Below, piece after piece: positions 1 to 10,699 of a stretch of DNA of 64,000 nt (its first letter is position 1; each line of letters begins with the position of its first letter). The notes under the pieces are model-generated. The model did no database searches and was not told the origin of the DNA. It saw only the letters and a program-made list of their open reading frames with translations. The translations under genes were made by a program, and so were the position numbers. Source of the stretch: Octopus bimaculoides (taxonomy: Eukaryota); the NCBI RefSeq assembly GCF_001194135.2, contig NC_068985.1, positions 99,542,180 to 99,606,179 of the forward strand. The letters are read 5' to 3'.

Positions 1-199
1 TTAATTGATTTCCCATTCAGATAAAATTTCAATTAAATGCTTTCTCTTCAGTCCCCAGTGCCTTCCATGAAGAAGAAAAGGAAGAAATAACTTTCATTTT
101 ATTAACATGAAATTTCCATAAAAAACAAAAAAAACAAAAACAAAACAAACTAAAAAGAAATATTCCTCTTGAACTACACGTTTCAGATTACAAGGAATA

Positions 200-600
200 T
201 GGGCTAACTCCCAAAAACTTGTAATGGATCATTGGAGCGCCACCAAGGCCTTCGTTTCAATGTAGCATGCCATGCGAAGCCAACTTAGCTGAGCCTATCC
301 CTTCGTAGGCTATTCAGCTGGAATGTAATACCACACAGCAGGGCTGGGTGTTCAAACGTGGATATTTGATTAAATAAAAATCCTTAATGGAAACAGAACA
401 TTATGTCAGACTAACTGAGACGTCATTTCTTTTCATACAAATATCTACTGCATCTCTTAAAGGCATGAGTCCCTTTCACTCATAGTTGACTTCCCATGGA
501 AATGCTTAACAATCGGTATAAATAAATTACAAGGTGAATATCAAAGCCTGGGCAGAGCGTGTCTCCCTGAAATGTTCCACTTCTTGGTACACCTGTGGCT
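200..600 (-). mobile_element. Highly degenerate non-LTR reverse transcriptase remnant (R4/R2-like)
   Basis: Manual minus-strand translation gives SGTFQGDTLCPGFDIHLVIYLYRLL (cf. GIFQGDSLSPLLF..L.RLL), KGLMPLRDAVDICMKRNDVSVSLT*C and YKFLGV (206-223) in the expected RT order. The YxDD motif is absent, with stops and frameshifts. Confidence 0.45.
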
Positions 601-1661
601 AATCTAAACTAATTGGGATGATGTTTCTTAGAAACTAAGCTTAAAAGTAGCAATATACGATACTTTTCTTTTACTAAAGTAAGGTTTATATCCAATATCC
701 CCACGCGTAAAACTGGTTCATGTTTTATAGTAGTAATTGGTAAGTTATGGTGGCAGTTATTCTACATGATGTGAAATTGACGCGTTGTTTTAATCCCGAA
801 TACATATTCGGCTAACGAAATATAATCCACAAAGAAAAGTGCCTTGCCAAGAAGTAAAAGTTCTGGCTGAAAAGTGGTTTGTTTGCGATTTGTTATCAAT
901 GCTGAGAGTGTTCATCGCTCAGTGTTCTGAAATATCAATGTTACACATGCTGCAATAATTAATGGGTAGCAAACAAAAGTTAACTCAGTACTATATTTAA
1001 AGTAAATGTTATAGTTTGTTTCACTTTTATTGCCTTGCTGAAACTCTACTATAAATATAGCATGGTGTAGTCCAAATGTAAACGAATCGTGTTATTCGCA
1101 CAGTGATGCATACATTTACTTAGTAAGGAAATAGAAATTAATTTGGTACATTGGTATGGGATAAATGAATACTGTTATTTTCAGACAAGGAACACAGACC
1201 CGAGAATATATTGAATGATTGCTTCCATGATTTTCAAGTTAAACTTTAGTGCGTAATTGAGGTGAAATACTTTCTTTCTTGAATTCAAAGCGCATCAAGA
1301 ATTCACGGCACCATGAAATAAATATTCGTTTCATTTCACTACCTATAACCACAAGTTTTCTAGTGGCGGTGTAAATTCGATAAATCAATATAACATATGA
1401 AAACATACCGTTAGTTTTGGCCACTTCATTATGTGTATAGCGTCACTGGAGCAGCAATGACAATCTTGTCTTTATACAGTACATCAAGAGATGAATTGTT
1501 TCGAATTTTCTTCTCCTCCGTTGCGACACTATATGGACCAACAGTATCTATGTGCTTGTAAAGTACGCCCTCAATATGCTTTGAAATATACGCTACCAGG
1601 CAGCCGAACCCAGATCTTTATAATCTCTTACTTCGTTCGATAGAAATATCAAACTACATAA

Positions 1662-1885
1662 ATTAGTACATTATTTACATTATTTACTATTGACGGATAT
1701 TTGTCCTCATTTTGTTGTTAACATAACGTTTCGGCTGATATACCCTCCAGCCTTCATTAGGTGTCTTGGGGAAATTTTGAACCTAGGTTCTCATTCCTGA
1801 GGTATTTTTCCATATTATTATTACTATTATTGTTATTATTATCATCATTGTTATCATTAGTATTATTGAGATCACTGCCTGGATG
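1662..1885 (-). mobile_element. Penelope-like element terminal repeat (pLTR) copy 1, truncated
   Basis: Reverse complement matches 3846-3995, 2905-3060 and 47085-47230 (GAAATTTCCCCAAGACACC...CAGCCGAAACGTT.TGTTAACAACAA...GATGAGGACAAATATCC). Confidence 0.85.
1720..1765 (-). ncRNA. Minimal type-I hammerhead ribozyme-like motif (family 1)
   Basis: Minus strand reads GACAC CTAATGA A GGCTGG AGGGTATA TCAGCC GAAAC GTT ATGTT. Stem II is intact, core G5 is A and the first stem I pair is mismatched. Confidence 0.65.
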
Positions 1886-1891
1886 ACCCAC

Positions 1892-1963
1892 GGGCATATG
1901 GCGTAGTGGTTAAGAGCCCGGGCTACTAACCAAAGATTCTGAGTTCGAATCCAAGTAGTGACC
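1892..1963 (+). promoter_or_regulatory. tRNA-derived module with Pol III A and B boxes inside the PLE terminal repeat
   Basis: GGGCATATGGCGTAGTGGTTAAGAGCCCGGGCTACTAACCAAAGATTCTGAGTTCGAATCCAAGTAGTGACC, with A box TGGCGTAGTGG and B box GAGTTCGAATCC, followed by (AAT)n. No acceptor stem is evident, so this is not a tRNA gene. Confidence 0.75.
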
Positions 1964-2020
1964 TGAATAATAATAATAATAATACTACTACTACTACTAA
2001 TAATAATAATAATAATAATA

Positions 2021-2817
2021 AAACGATGGCAAGAAAAGCCCCTACATGGTAAATACTGGGCTAAACTAAATGCAAAATAAATAGACAGAGAAAAATCCCA
2101 GCAATGGCTGAGAAGCTCAGGACTCAAAGCAGAGACTGAAGGATTTTTAATTGCTGCACAAGACCAAAGCCTCCCCACCAGAAATTACCAAAAACATATA
2201 ATGAAAAGAAANNNNNNNNNNNNNNNNNNNNNNNNNNNNNNNNNNNNNNNNNNNNNNNNNNNNNNNNNNNNNNNNNNNNNNNNNNNNNNNNNNNNNNNNN
2301 NNNNNNNNNNNNNNNNNNNNNNNNNNNNNNNNNNNNNNNNNNNNNNNNNNNNNNNNNNNNNNNNNNNNNNNNNNNNNNNNNNNNNNNNNNNNNNNNNNNN
2401 NNNNNNNNNNNNNNNNNNNNNNNNNNNNNNNNNNNNNNNNNNNNNNNNNNNNNNNNNNNNNNNNNNNNNNNNNNNNNNNNNNNNNNNNNNNNNNNNNNNN
2501 NNNNNNNNNNNNNNNAACTCGAATGTGGAATCTAAATACAGAAACAATTCCTATCATAGTAGGTGCCTTAGGTATAATAAAAAAAATATTCAGACAAATA
2601 CATAACAAAAACACCAGGACCTACAAATATATAGAACATACAGAAAATTGTACTACTGGGCACTGCACACATCCTACGCAAAACACTTTCAATACAGTAA
2701 CCATAAGAGCACCACAGCAAACCACAGCACATACCCAAGGCGCACAGAGCTGCGCTCGGTAGTGAAGTGAAAGCACGTTATAAAAATAAAACTACTGAAT
2801 AATAATAATAATAATAA
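2021..2817 (+). mobile_element. 5'-truncated R4/Dong-clade non-LTR retrotransposon (C-terminal RLE region), spanning an N gap
   Basis: Translates [50 protein letters not shown] before the gap. After it: TRMWNLNTETIPIIVGALGIIKK/YSDKYITKTPG..NIQKIVLLGTAHILRKTLSIQ*. Short 3'UTR and (AAT)n tail. Confidence 0.9.
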
Positions 2818-2876
2818 GAAGAAGAATAATGACAACAACAACATCGAAAATACCAAAAGAATGAGAAAGAAAAACA

Positions 2877-3260
2877 CCTCAGAGTTCTATATTTTAGAGA
2901 TTAGGAATTATGTACATTATTTACATTTGACTGATATTTATCCTCATCTTGTTTGTTGTTAACACAACGTTTCGGCTGATATATAACCTCCAGAGAAATT
3001 TCGAAACGGAGTTCTCATTTCTATGGTATTTTTCGATGTTATTATTATTATTATTCAGGTCACCACCTGGAATCGAACTCGGAATCTTGGGATGAGTAGC
3101 CTGTGCACCTAACCACTACGCTATAATGCCCGTGGAGTGAATTATGGAGTGAATTTTAGGGCTTATAAATCTAATACTTTCTTATCCTTCCTTAGTACCG
3201 GCTCCCATATGCTACTCATTTCTGCGCTCGGTCTGCTTAGAAGGTTGTTGCGTCCTAGCT
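2877..3260 (-). mobile_element. Inverted arm of PLE: ORF C-terminus plus terminal repeat
   Basis: Minus strand gives LGRNNLLSRPSAEMSSIWEPVLRKDKKVLDL*, then the tRNA-like module (3058-3131), (AAT)n, and a hammerhead remnant (2961-2993) lacking the CTGATGA strand. Confidence 0.85.
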
Positions 3261-3772
3261 CATTAACAATGTATTAAGCAACAACTGTCCCCAAAACATA
3301 CTAGCCTCTCCAATTATGAAGAAAAGGAGGATGAAATCAATAACTATCCACAGTCTGTCTACCATATGTGAAAGATCTCGCCGAAAGGATACAAAAGACA
3401 TGAAGACAGTATTGAAGTAATACGACATTTCGCAAGTATCTCCTTCGAGTAAAACTAACAGCAGAAGAGTATATGACTAAAAACTGCGTGTACTCCCTCC
3501 CATGCAACTGTGGTAGGTTATACAAAGGCAAAAGTTGCCGCCCCTTCACAAAACTGTGACACGAGAAGATATTGATAAATCAGCTATAGCTGATCATGTA
3601 TGGAAAAATGGAGATCAGCTCCACCTGTGGGATGAATTTAAATAATAGACAGTGAACACCACTGGAAAATACGAAAACTAATAGAAGCAGCACAAATGCC
3701 AGGACACTGTATTAAGGAAGGATAGGAAAATATTAGATTTATAAGCGCTAAAATTCACTCCATAATTGCCCA

Positions 3773-3846
3773 GGAGCATATGGCGTAGTGGTTAAGATCG
3801 CGGGCTACTTACCCCAAGAGTCCGAGTTCGATTTCTGGCAGTGACC
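3773..3846 (+). promoter_or_regulatory. tRNA-derived A/B-box module in PLE terminal repeat
   Basis: GGAGCATATGGCGTAGTGGTTAAGATCGCGGGCTACTTACCCCAAGAGTCCGAGTTCGATTTCTGGCAGTGACC, homologous to 1892-1963 and 3058-3131. Confidence 0.75.
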
Positions 3847-3915
3847 CGAATAATAATATTAATAACAACGAAAAATGCCTTATGAATTAGAATCCCGGTT
3901 CGAAATTTCCCCCAA

Positions 3916-3961
3916 AACACCTAATGAAGGCTGAAGTGTATATCATCCGAAACATTGTGTT
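3916..3961 (+). ncRNA. Minimal type-I hammerhead ribozyme-like motif (family 1), degenerate
   Basis: AACAC CTAATGA A GGCTGA AGTGTATA TCATCC GAAAC ATT GTGTT. Stem I AACAC/GTGTT is perfect; the core and stems II/III carry substitutions. Confidence 0.6.
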
Positions 3962-5399
3962 AACAACAAGCAAGACGAGAAAAAATAACCGTGAAATGTT
4001 TGAAATATTTGAAAAACATACCAATGAAGATTCCCCATATATATTATTAATAAAGAAATGCAAATAAGATATGTTGACGTCTTTATTGCTTAGAATCTGT
4101 AACAGTGCATTTTTGAGCGACTCATGAGCATAATGTTCATCGATTTTAAAATTGTAGGGTGTGATTGTAGATTATTTAGTTGCTATTACCTGCAAGTTGA
4201 CTGGAAGCACAGCTGTTCTTTTAGCGAACTTAAATATTCGCGTATTTCCTAACATATATGAATGCTACAAAACCTATTTCCTAATACACAATAGGTATCG
4301 GTTTTCGATAGAAATTATGATGTATATAAAGTTAAAGTCAATGATAAAATATCTAGGCTTTCTGCCGTCCATAACAGGTTCAATCTAAATGATGCATTAC
4401 TTAAAACGTAAACAACAATGCTGCTTTGTTCGAAGTTGTTTATTAATAATGAAATTCGTAGACTTCCAATTATAATTATTATGATATACTATGCTGAATA
4501 TATTTCTTTTGACTCTTTTCTATTGACAAAAGCCGAGTTCAAAAGCATAATACCGATAAGTAGAGAATAAAAGCAAACACTTTACTCTGTTCGAAATTGT
4601 TTCATCTTAACTTTCATCATTAGTTCAAATATTTTACGAAATAAATAAGTTTGTAAAAGACCTGAAAATATTGCTTGATCTTTTGCATAGATATGCTGAT
4701 AGGTTTCTAATATATCAAATAAATGAAATCCTTTCTATTATAGAAGTCACGATTGAGTTTAATGTATCAGGAACTCTGTGCACAACAGAGCTAGAGTGTG
4801 TAGCTATAACGTTATAGCTATAGTGTGTAGTTATAAAGTTAGAAAGTACACAGCAAGAGAAGTTACAAGCGAAAGATATGAGTGGTTTGGTGTTTTGCAG
4901 CGCATATCGCAATACGATAACGCTAGACTTACGCATATATATTCAATCGAGTATAGCTGCAGCATATTGTAATGTATTTACAGAGATATTCAGTCCTCAT
5001 ATATCGACATGAAACATTGTCTAAGCTAAAATCTTCATCTAGGTTGTTGAAAACTCTCCTTGGAATATCAGCCTCATTTACGTAGAAAAAACATAAACAA
5101 AAAACATGGTTATTTCCTTAAACGATTTACATTTCAATATTGCATTAAATACATCGTTCTTTAAAAATAAAAGCAAGATGTAACAGTTGAAGCATATGTC
5201 ATCATGTATCCGCTTGATCATTGAATAAAAGAGAACACAAATATGAAAAGCTGCTTACTTTTGTCAGGTTGACGTTCATTTTTTTTATTTTCAATATTAA
5301 AAATAGTTAAATAAAGATACAATTACAAATAATCGTTTTACATTGATATTAGAGAGAAATTTTTAGCCCTTGTAGTCCAGGCTTTTCCCAGCTAGAAGC

Positions 5400-6130
5400 G
5401 ACTTGAGGCAAGCCTCAGGCATCAATCTACCGACCAGAGAAGTCTAATTATGTCGTATTGCCATTGGGTGCCTCATTGCCAGTGCTCCTCCCTTGTTCAT
5501 CGATTTTTGCGATGGCTGAAATGAAGGGGCAGCATGCTTTCATGTAACTCCGTTTTTCGCTGGGGAAAACGGCAGCCAAAACAGGTTTCATGCTTGAAAC
5601 AACTTACAAGGACGCTGTTATTAGCAAAACATAAGTTTACGAGTGGTTTTCACACTTTATGAATGGTCACTTGTCATTTGAAGAACAACTTCATTCAGGT
5701 CAACGATCGTTCTCCCGAAAAAATGAAAACATCACGAAAATCAATGAGTTGGTCTTGGATGATCGTCGCCTAACAATTGATAAAATTGGGGACATGACTG
5801 TTGTGTTCTGGTTCTCATTCTTACGAATTTTTGGCGAGGAATTGCGAATGAAAAGAGTTACTGCAATATTTGTGCCACACTTGCTTATGATCTTACTACT
5901 TTCAACATATTTTGGGTTCCCCCACAGAGAAAAAAATGTTCTTAAACTTAAACGTTTTGCAGATGTGGAAGAGGTGAAAAAAAAAAAAACGACAGAGGCG
6001 TTGCAAGGCATCACTTCGCAAAAAAATTAGGACTCTTTTGAACAATGGAAAACGCGTCTAAACCGACGCATTGTTTCAAATAGGGAGTATTTTGAAGGTG
6101 ATAAAAGTGTAAATGTGTAAATCTAAAACA
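5400..6130 (+). mobile_element. Internally deleted mariner (Tc1/mariner) transposon remnant
   Basis: From 5512: MAEMKGQHAF..LGKTAAKT..MLETTYKDAVISKT*VYEWFSHFMNGHLSFEEQLHSGQRS..ENITKINELVLDDRRLTI..EELRMKRVTAIFVPHLL, joined almost directly to KRFADVEEVKKKTTEAL..W..R..YFEGD (ends 6102). TIRs not recognised. Confidence 0.9.
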
Positions 6131-6169
6131 AAAAGACTGAATAAAATAATATTGCAAAGTTCCGTTTTA

Positions 6170-6298
6170 TTATATGTGTGAGTATGTGTATTTGATGGTG
6201 TGTGTGTCTGTGTCTGTATGTGTTTCTATTTATATGTATTTATATATATGTATATCTATTTATACATACATATATATAAATATGCATATATATATACG

Positions 6299-6394
<96 letters not shown>

Positions 6395-6400
6395 CATACT

Positions 6401-6437
<37 letters not shown>

Positions 6438-6465
6438 ATGTGTGTGTGTTTGTACATACATGCGC
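6170..6465. repeat. (TA)n/(TG)n microsatellite field
   Basis: Long pure (TA)n at about 6290-6385 flanked by TG/TGTA repeats. Confidence 0.95.
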
Positions 6466-7315
6466 GTAACACAGTATCCTACTTTTAACTCATTAGTTTA
6501 TTAATACACACAAACATCTTTGAGTATTTGAATATTGGGCAATATATATTCACTGCCATGCCTTTGGTGCACATCGATGCCTTATCTCCATCTTCTGCGA
6601 ATATTAAACGTAGACTTTAAGTCATCGTAGTTCCTAGCAGTGTTTAGTAAATGCATTCTGGGACAGTAGCCTAACGTAAGTAATCTACGTAGTAAAAAAA
6701 AAATGACCAACGTATTTGTTGCTTGTGATTTGATTTATAAAATGGGTTCTCTATAATTTATTAAATGAGAAACAAAATTCAATATATTTAATTAAACTTT
6801 TAACACGAATATTAGGCCGGTTTAAGATAACACAGTGTAACATTGTGAGTGAAAATATGTTTCCAAAACCTTATGGAAGGTGTTTCTATATCTTTATATA
6901 TTTGTCGATAATTTTGAATTTATATTGACTGTTCTCTTCCAACCTCATGTAATATTTATGTTCCAATCTCTTAAAATAGCTCTCCTTCTTTGCAGTTATC
7001 TCTGTGGAATTGTATTGCTCACATTCTGATTTATAGTTCACAGAATTATTTATTTACTCAGTTTCCGTCCCCTTCAGCGTGGAGAAAAACCGTAGTTGAC
7101 TTCAATGCAGGCATTGCATTATGAGCTCTAAAATGTATGTCCTCTGCATAAGATTTGCTATCGATATTCAAACGAATATTTACATGCTGCCACCCCCAGT
7201 CAGGGCGACGACGCCGGAGGCTTGATAATATTTTTCATTGATAAACGTAGTGAATGTGTTCGGGCTCTAAATACAAATGTCAAATGAAATTCGCTCCCTT
7301 TTATTTATAACTCAG

Positions 7316-7365
<50 letters not shown>

Positions 7366-8784
7366 TATCTGTTGAGTGTAATATGTTGGTGATCTGGTAA
7401 TTTGAATCGCCATTTGAATTGTCGTACNNNNNNNNNNNNNNNNNNNNNNNNNNNNNNNNNNNNNNNNNNNNNNNNNNNNNNNNNNNNNNNNNNNNNNNNN
7501 NNNNNNNNNNNNNNNNNNNNNNNNNNNNNNNNNNNNNNNNNNNNNNNNNNNNNNNNNNNNNNNNNNNNNNNNNNNNNNNNNNNNNNNNNNNNNNNNNNNN
7601 NNNNNNNNNNNNNNNNNNNNNNNNNNNNNNNNNNNNNNNNNNNNNNNNNNNNNNNNNNNNNNNNNNNNNNNNNNNNNNNNNNNNNNNNNNNNNNNNNNNN
7701 NNNNNNNNNNNNNNNNNNNNNNNNNNNNNNNNNNNNNNNNNNNNNNNNNNNNNNNNNNNNNNNNNNNNNNNNNNNNNNNNNNNNNNNNNNNNNNNNNNNN
7801 NNNNNNNNNNNNNNNNNNNNNNNNNNNNNNNNNNNNNNNNNNNNNNNNNNNNNNNNNNNNNNNNNNNNNNNNNNNNNNNNNNNNNNNNNNNNNNNNNNNN
7901 NNNNNNNNNNNNNNNNNNNNNNNNNNNNNNNNNNNNNNNNNNNNNNNNNNNNNNNNNNNNNNNNNNNNNNNNNNNNNNNNNNNNNNNNNNNNNNNNNNNN
8001 NNNNNNNNNNNNNNNNNNNNNNNNNNNNNNNNNNNNNNNNNNNNNNNNNNNNNNNNNNNNNNNNNNNNNNNNNNNNNNNNNNTATATATATATATATATG
8101 CATGTTAATACAAGGCCCACATTAGACTCCTCACTCGTATGACCATCGAACCAAGAGTCTAACTACGGTCTGTATACACACACGTACATACATATGTGTG
8201 TGTGCCTATGTAAACCTCTAAATGTTATGAAGTAAGGAAAAAGCAAAAAATATACCCTTTATGAGAAACTTCCTGGCTAGTTTTATATTAACTTTGTATA
8301 TTGAACTAAAGCCACTATTCAAATTATAAAAGCATCTACCAGTAGGACTCTATAAGGACATATATCCACGGCATTTATACGATTCTATTTTCTGTCTCTT
8401 TCTCTAGCTCCCTGGTTGCTGCTGTTTCGTTCTCTAATAATTCATGTCACATATTGTCATTTGAGAACAGGTTTTTATCGTTTCATTTTGCTCGCTTTCA
8501 ATGATGTTTACTTAAATGACAGCCTCAAGTAGTATGTTCGAAATGTACTTCACTAATAAATAAATAAGTCTCAGCATGTTTCCAATGATTTATAATTGAT
8601 ATTAAAGAGCTATTTATGTAAACATGCAATCGTAGAGAAGTTCACATTTATAATACCATAATACCAAGCAACCAAAACTAACTATATCTCAATTTCCAAC
8701 TTTCTGTTATCAACATTATGAGAACACACATTTTTTTTTTGTTTCCCTATATTCTCTCTCTTTTTACTTACACATCTATGTTGT

Positions 8785-8894
8785 AGGCTATAGTAGAAGA
8801 CTAGGAGACACTTCCCCAAGGGGTCACGCAGTGGGACTGAATCCGGGACCATGTGATTCGTAAGCAAGCTACTTACCACACAGCTACTCCTACG

Positions 8895-8898
<4 letters not shown>
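8785..8898 (-). mobile_element. SINE family A, tRNA-derived head only
   Basis: Matches the head part of 21531-21891 (CCCAAGG..CACGCAGTGGGACTGAA..CCATGTG..GTAAGCAAGCTACTTACCACACAGC). Confidence 0.85.
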
Positions 8899-8929
<31 letters not shown>

Positions 8930-9466
8930 TCTTCGGTGTGAAAGAGTCAATATGCACCGTGGGTAGAGGTGGCGCATAATATTATCCAAAAACATGTCCC
9001 CAGTACCCGAATTGTAATCGATATTCAGCTGCATATGAGTATTGCAATTTCCTTCCAAAAAATTCTCACTTGCGATTTGAAAATATTAATCACAGAAACC
9101 ATTCCGACAAAAACGAATTACATAATGCATACAAGTTGTCGAAAGTATACATGATCGTGGTGTGTATTGACAGCTTCCTCATTGGCCAGCTATCAACTGA
9201 AATGTATACTAAAATCTGATATGTCGATTACCCTTTTTTTGCTACGCATGAGCAACTAACCTGAAGTCTGAACTAAGAAATTAAAATTTTATACAGACGA
9301 TAGTACCCCAAACACACACTTATTCTCCCCAGCAATTTTTCAATGTGAAATGTCTCCCATATGCAACTGGGATATTTCAAAAGTATCTTCTTCGGCATTA
9401 AGAAGGAAGTGACACACACACACAGAGACACACGCACAAAAACACACAGACACGCAGACAAATATG

Positions 9467-9527
<61 letters not shown>

Positions 9528-10699
9528 CAGCAATACGATATAACACCTATACACATTTAAACGCATTCACGTAGAGACGCAGACTGTGTAAGTCATAAAC
9601 TGCCATACATATACACACTCATACATACTATGTTTCTCCACATTTCTCCACATTTGTGCGTATGTGCGACTTTGCGGGCGTATGTGTGTTTCTTTCGGTT
9701 TATTCATTTGTAATTGTAAACTGGGGTTTAGAAAAACCTTCTAGGATCTATATATCAGTTGATGCAAACACCCTCCTAATCCGATGTACTGTGAATTTAT
9801 GGTAAACAAATGCCTTTCCAATTACGTAAGCGCTTTGGCAATTCCGATCAAAGCAAACACTTTCCTTTATTTGCGATTGAAAACATCTGTAATCACAGAA
9901 TATATTCCCCATATCAAAATCACTCATGCATGTACAAATTGCTTTTATCTTAATTCTGGCATAATGAAGAAGAAACACAACTCCTAGTATTCTGTTTTAT
10001 TTTACACATACACACACAACACGTGCACAGTAATACATACATATTGATGCACATAGTCATGGATACATGCAAAACACACACATGCTCGTTTATACACATA
10101 TATACATATACATAATTATATGTATCAATTTACATAAATATATACGCATATAATTGTCGATATATATGAAGGACATTTTCATAAAGAGAATTAACGTATC
10201 AGAGAGAACAATTACAGCGGAAATATATATCTTGCCAGGAAGATATTAGGATTGCCCGTCAAATAGGCACATATATTCACTGGAATACTACTACTTGGTC
10301 AATATCCCTTGCATTATATGGAAAAATATCCAAAGAATATAGCTAAATTAAGTTAACATAATGAGTATGTTCCGCCTCAGCTAGTATCTTAGAATTATCT
10401 TCCTTCTGATAACAATCAATTTATTTGTTTACATCCCAAGTGAAGTGACAAAGAAGCTTAAATTGAGCCTCTCTGTGAAATTTGTGTCCCAAGTTAAATA
10501 ACGAAATAATTCGTCACTGTTCGCCAGGAGTTTTCATTTCATACCATCACATAGGGATATTAGTCAAGATTAACTGAATCGGTTGTAATGTGGACTGTGT
10601 ACCGCTTACATCGAAAACTAATTGCCAATAGCAGTGATATACCTTCGCTTTGGTTACTCTCCCAATTGAAGCAATATGCGTATCTCTACGTCTGCACAT

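Larger units (their letters stand above)
3270..3995 (+). mobile_element. Penelope-like element 3' fragment: degenerate GIY-YIG endonuclease plus terminal repeat
   Basis: TVCLPYVKDLAERIQK..KNCVYSLPCNCGRLYKGKSCRPF..DKSAIADHVWKNGDQLHLWDEFK/IIDSEHHWKIRKLIEAAQM..RKDRKILDL* (stop about 3742-3744). Typical PLE GIY-YIG pattern with frameshifts and deletions. Confidence 0.9.

Noticed and set aside
1415-1562. Plus-strand frame FWPLHYVYSVTGAAMTILSLYSTSRDELFRIFFSSVATLYGPTVSMCL between AG and GT
   Set aside because: Only 48 codons, weak acceptor, no recognisable family; compatible with chance.
1892-1963. Possible genuine tRNA gene
   Set aside because: No pairing acceptor stem, and three diverged copies are embedded in a repeat; treated as a tRNA-derived module.
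1783-2178. 131-aa minus-strand ORF with poly-I/S
   Set aside because: Antisense of the Dong fragment plus (AAT)n/(ACT)n repeats.
6174-6488. YI/CV/TH-repeat ORFs here and at many other sites (for example 21649-22150, 40505-40864, 59164-59727, 61568-61877)
   Set aside because: Translations of dinucleotide microsatellites.
7312-8142. Long ORFs of 120-311 aa spanning N runs
   Set aside because: Open only because N codons contain no stops.
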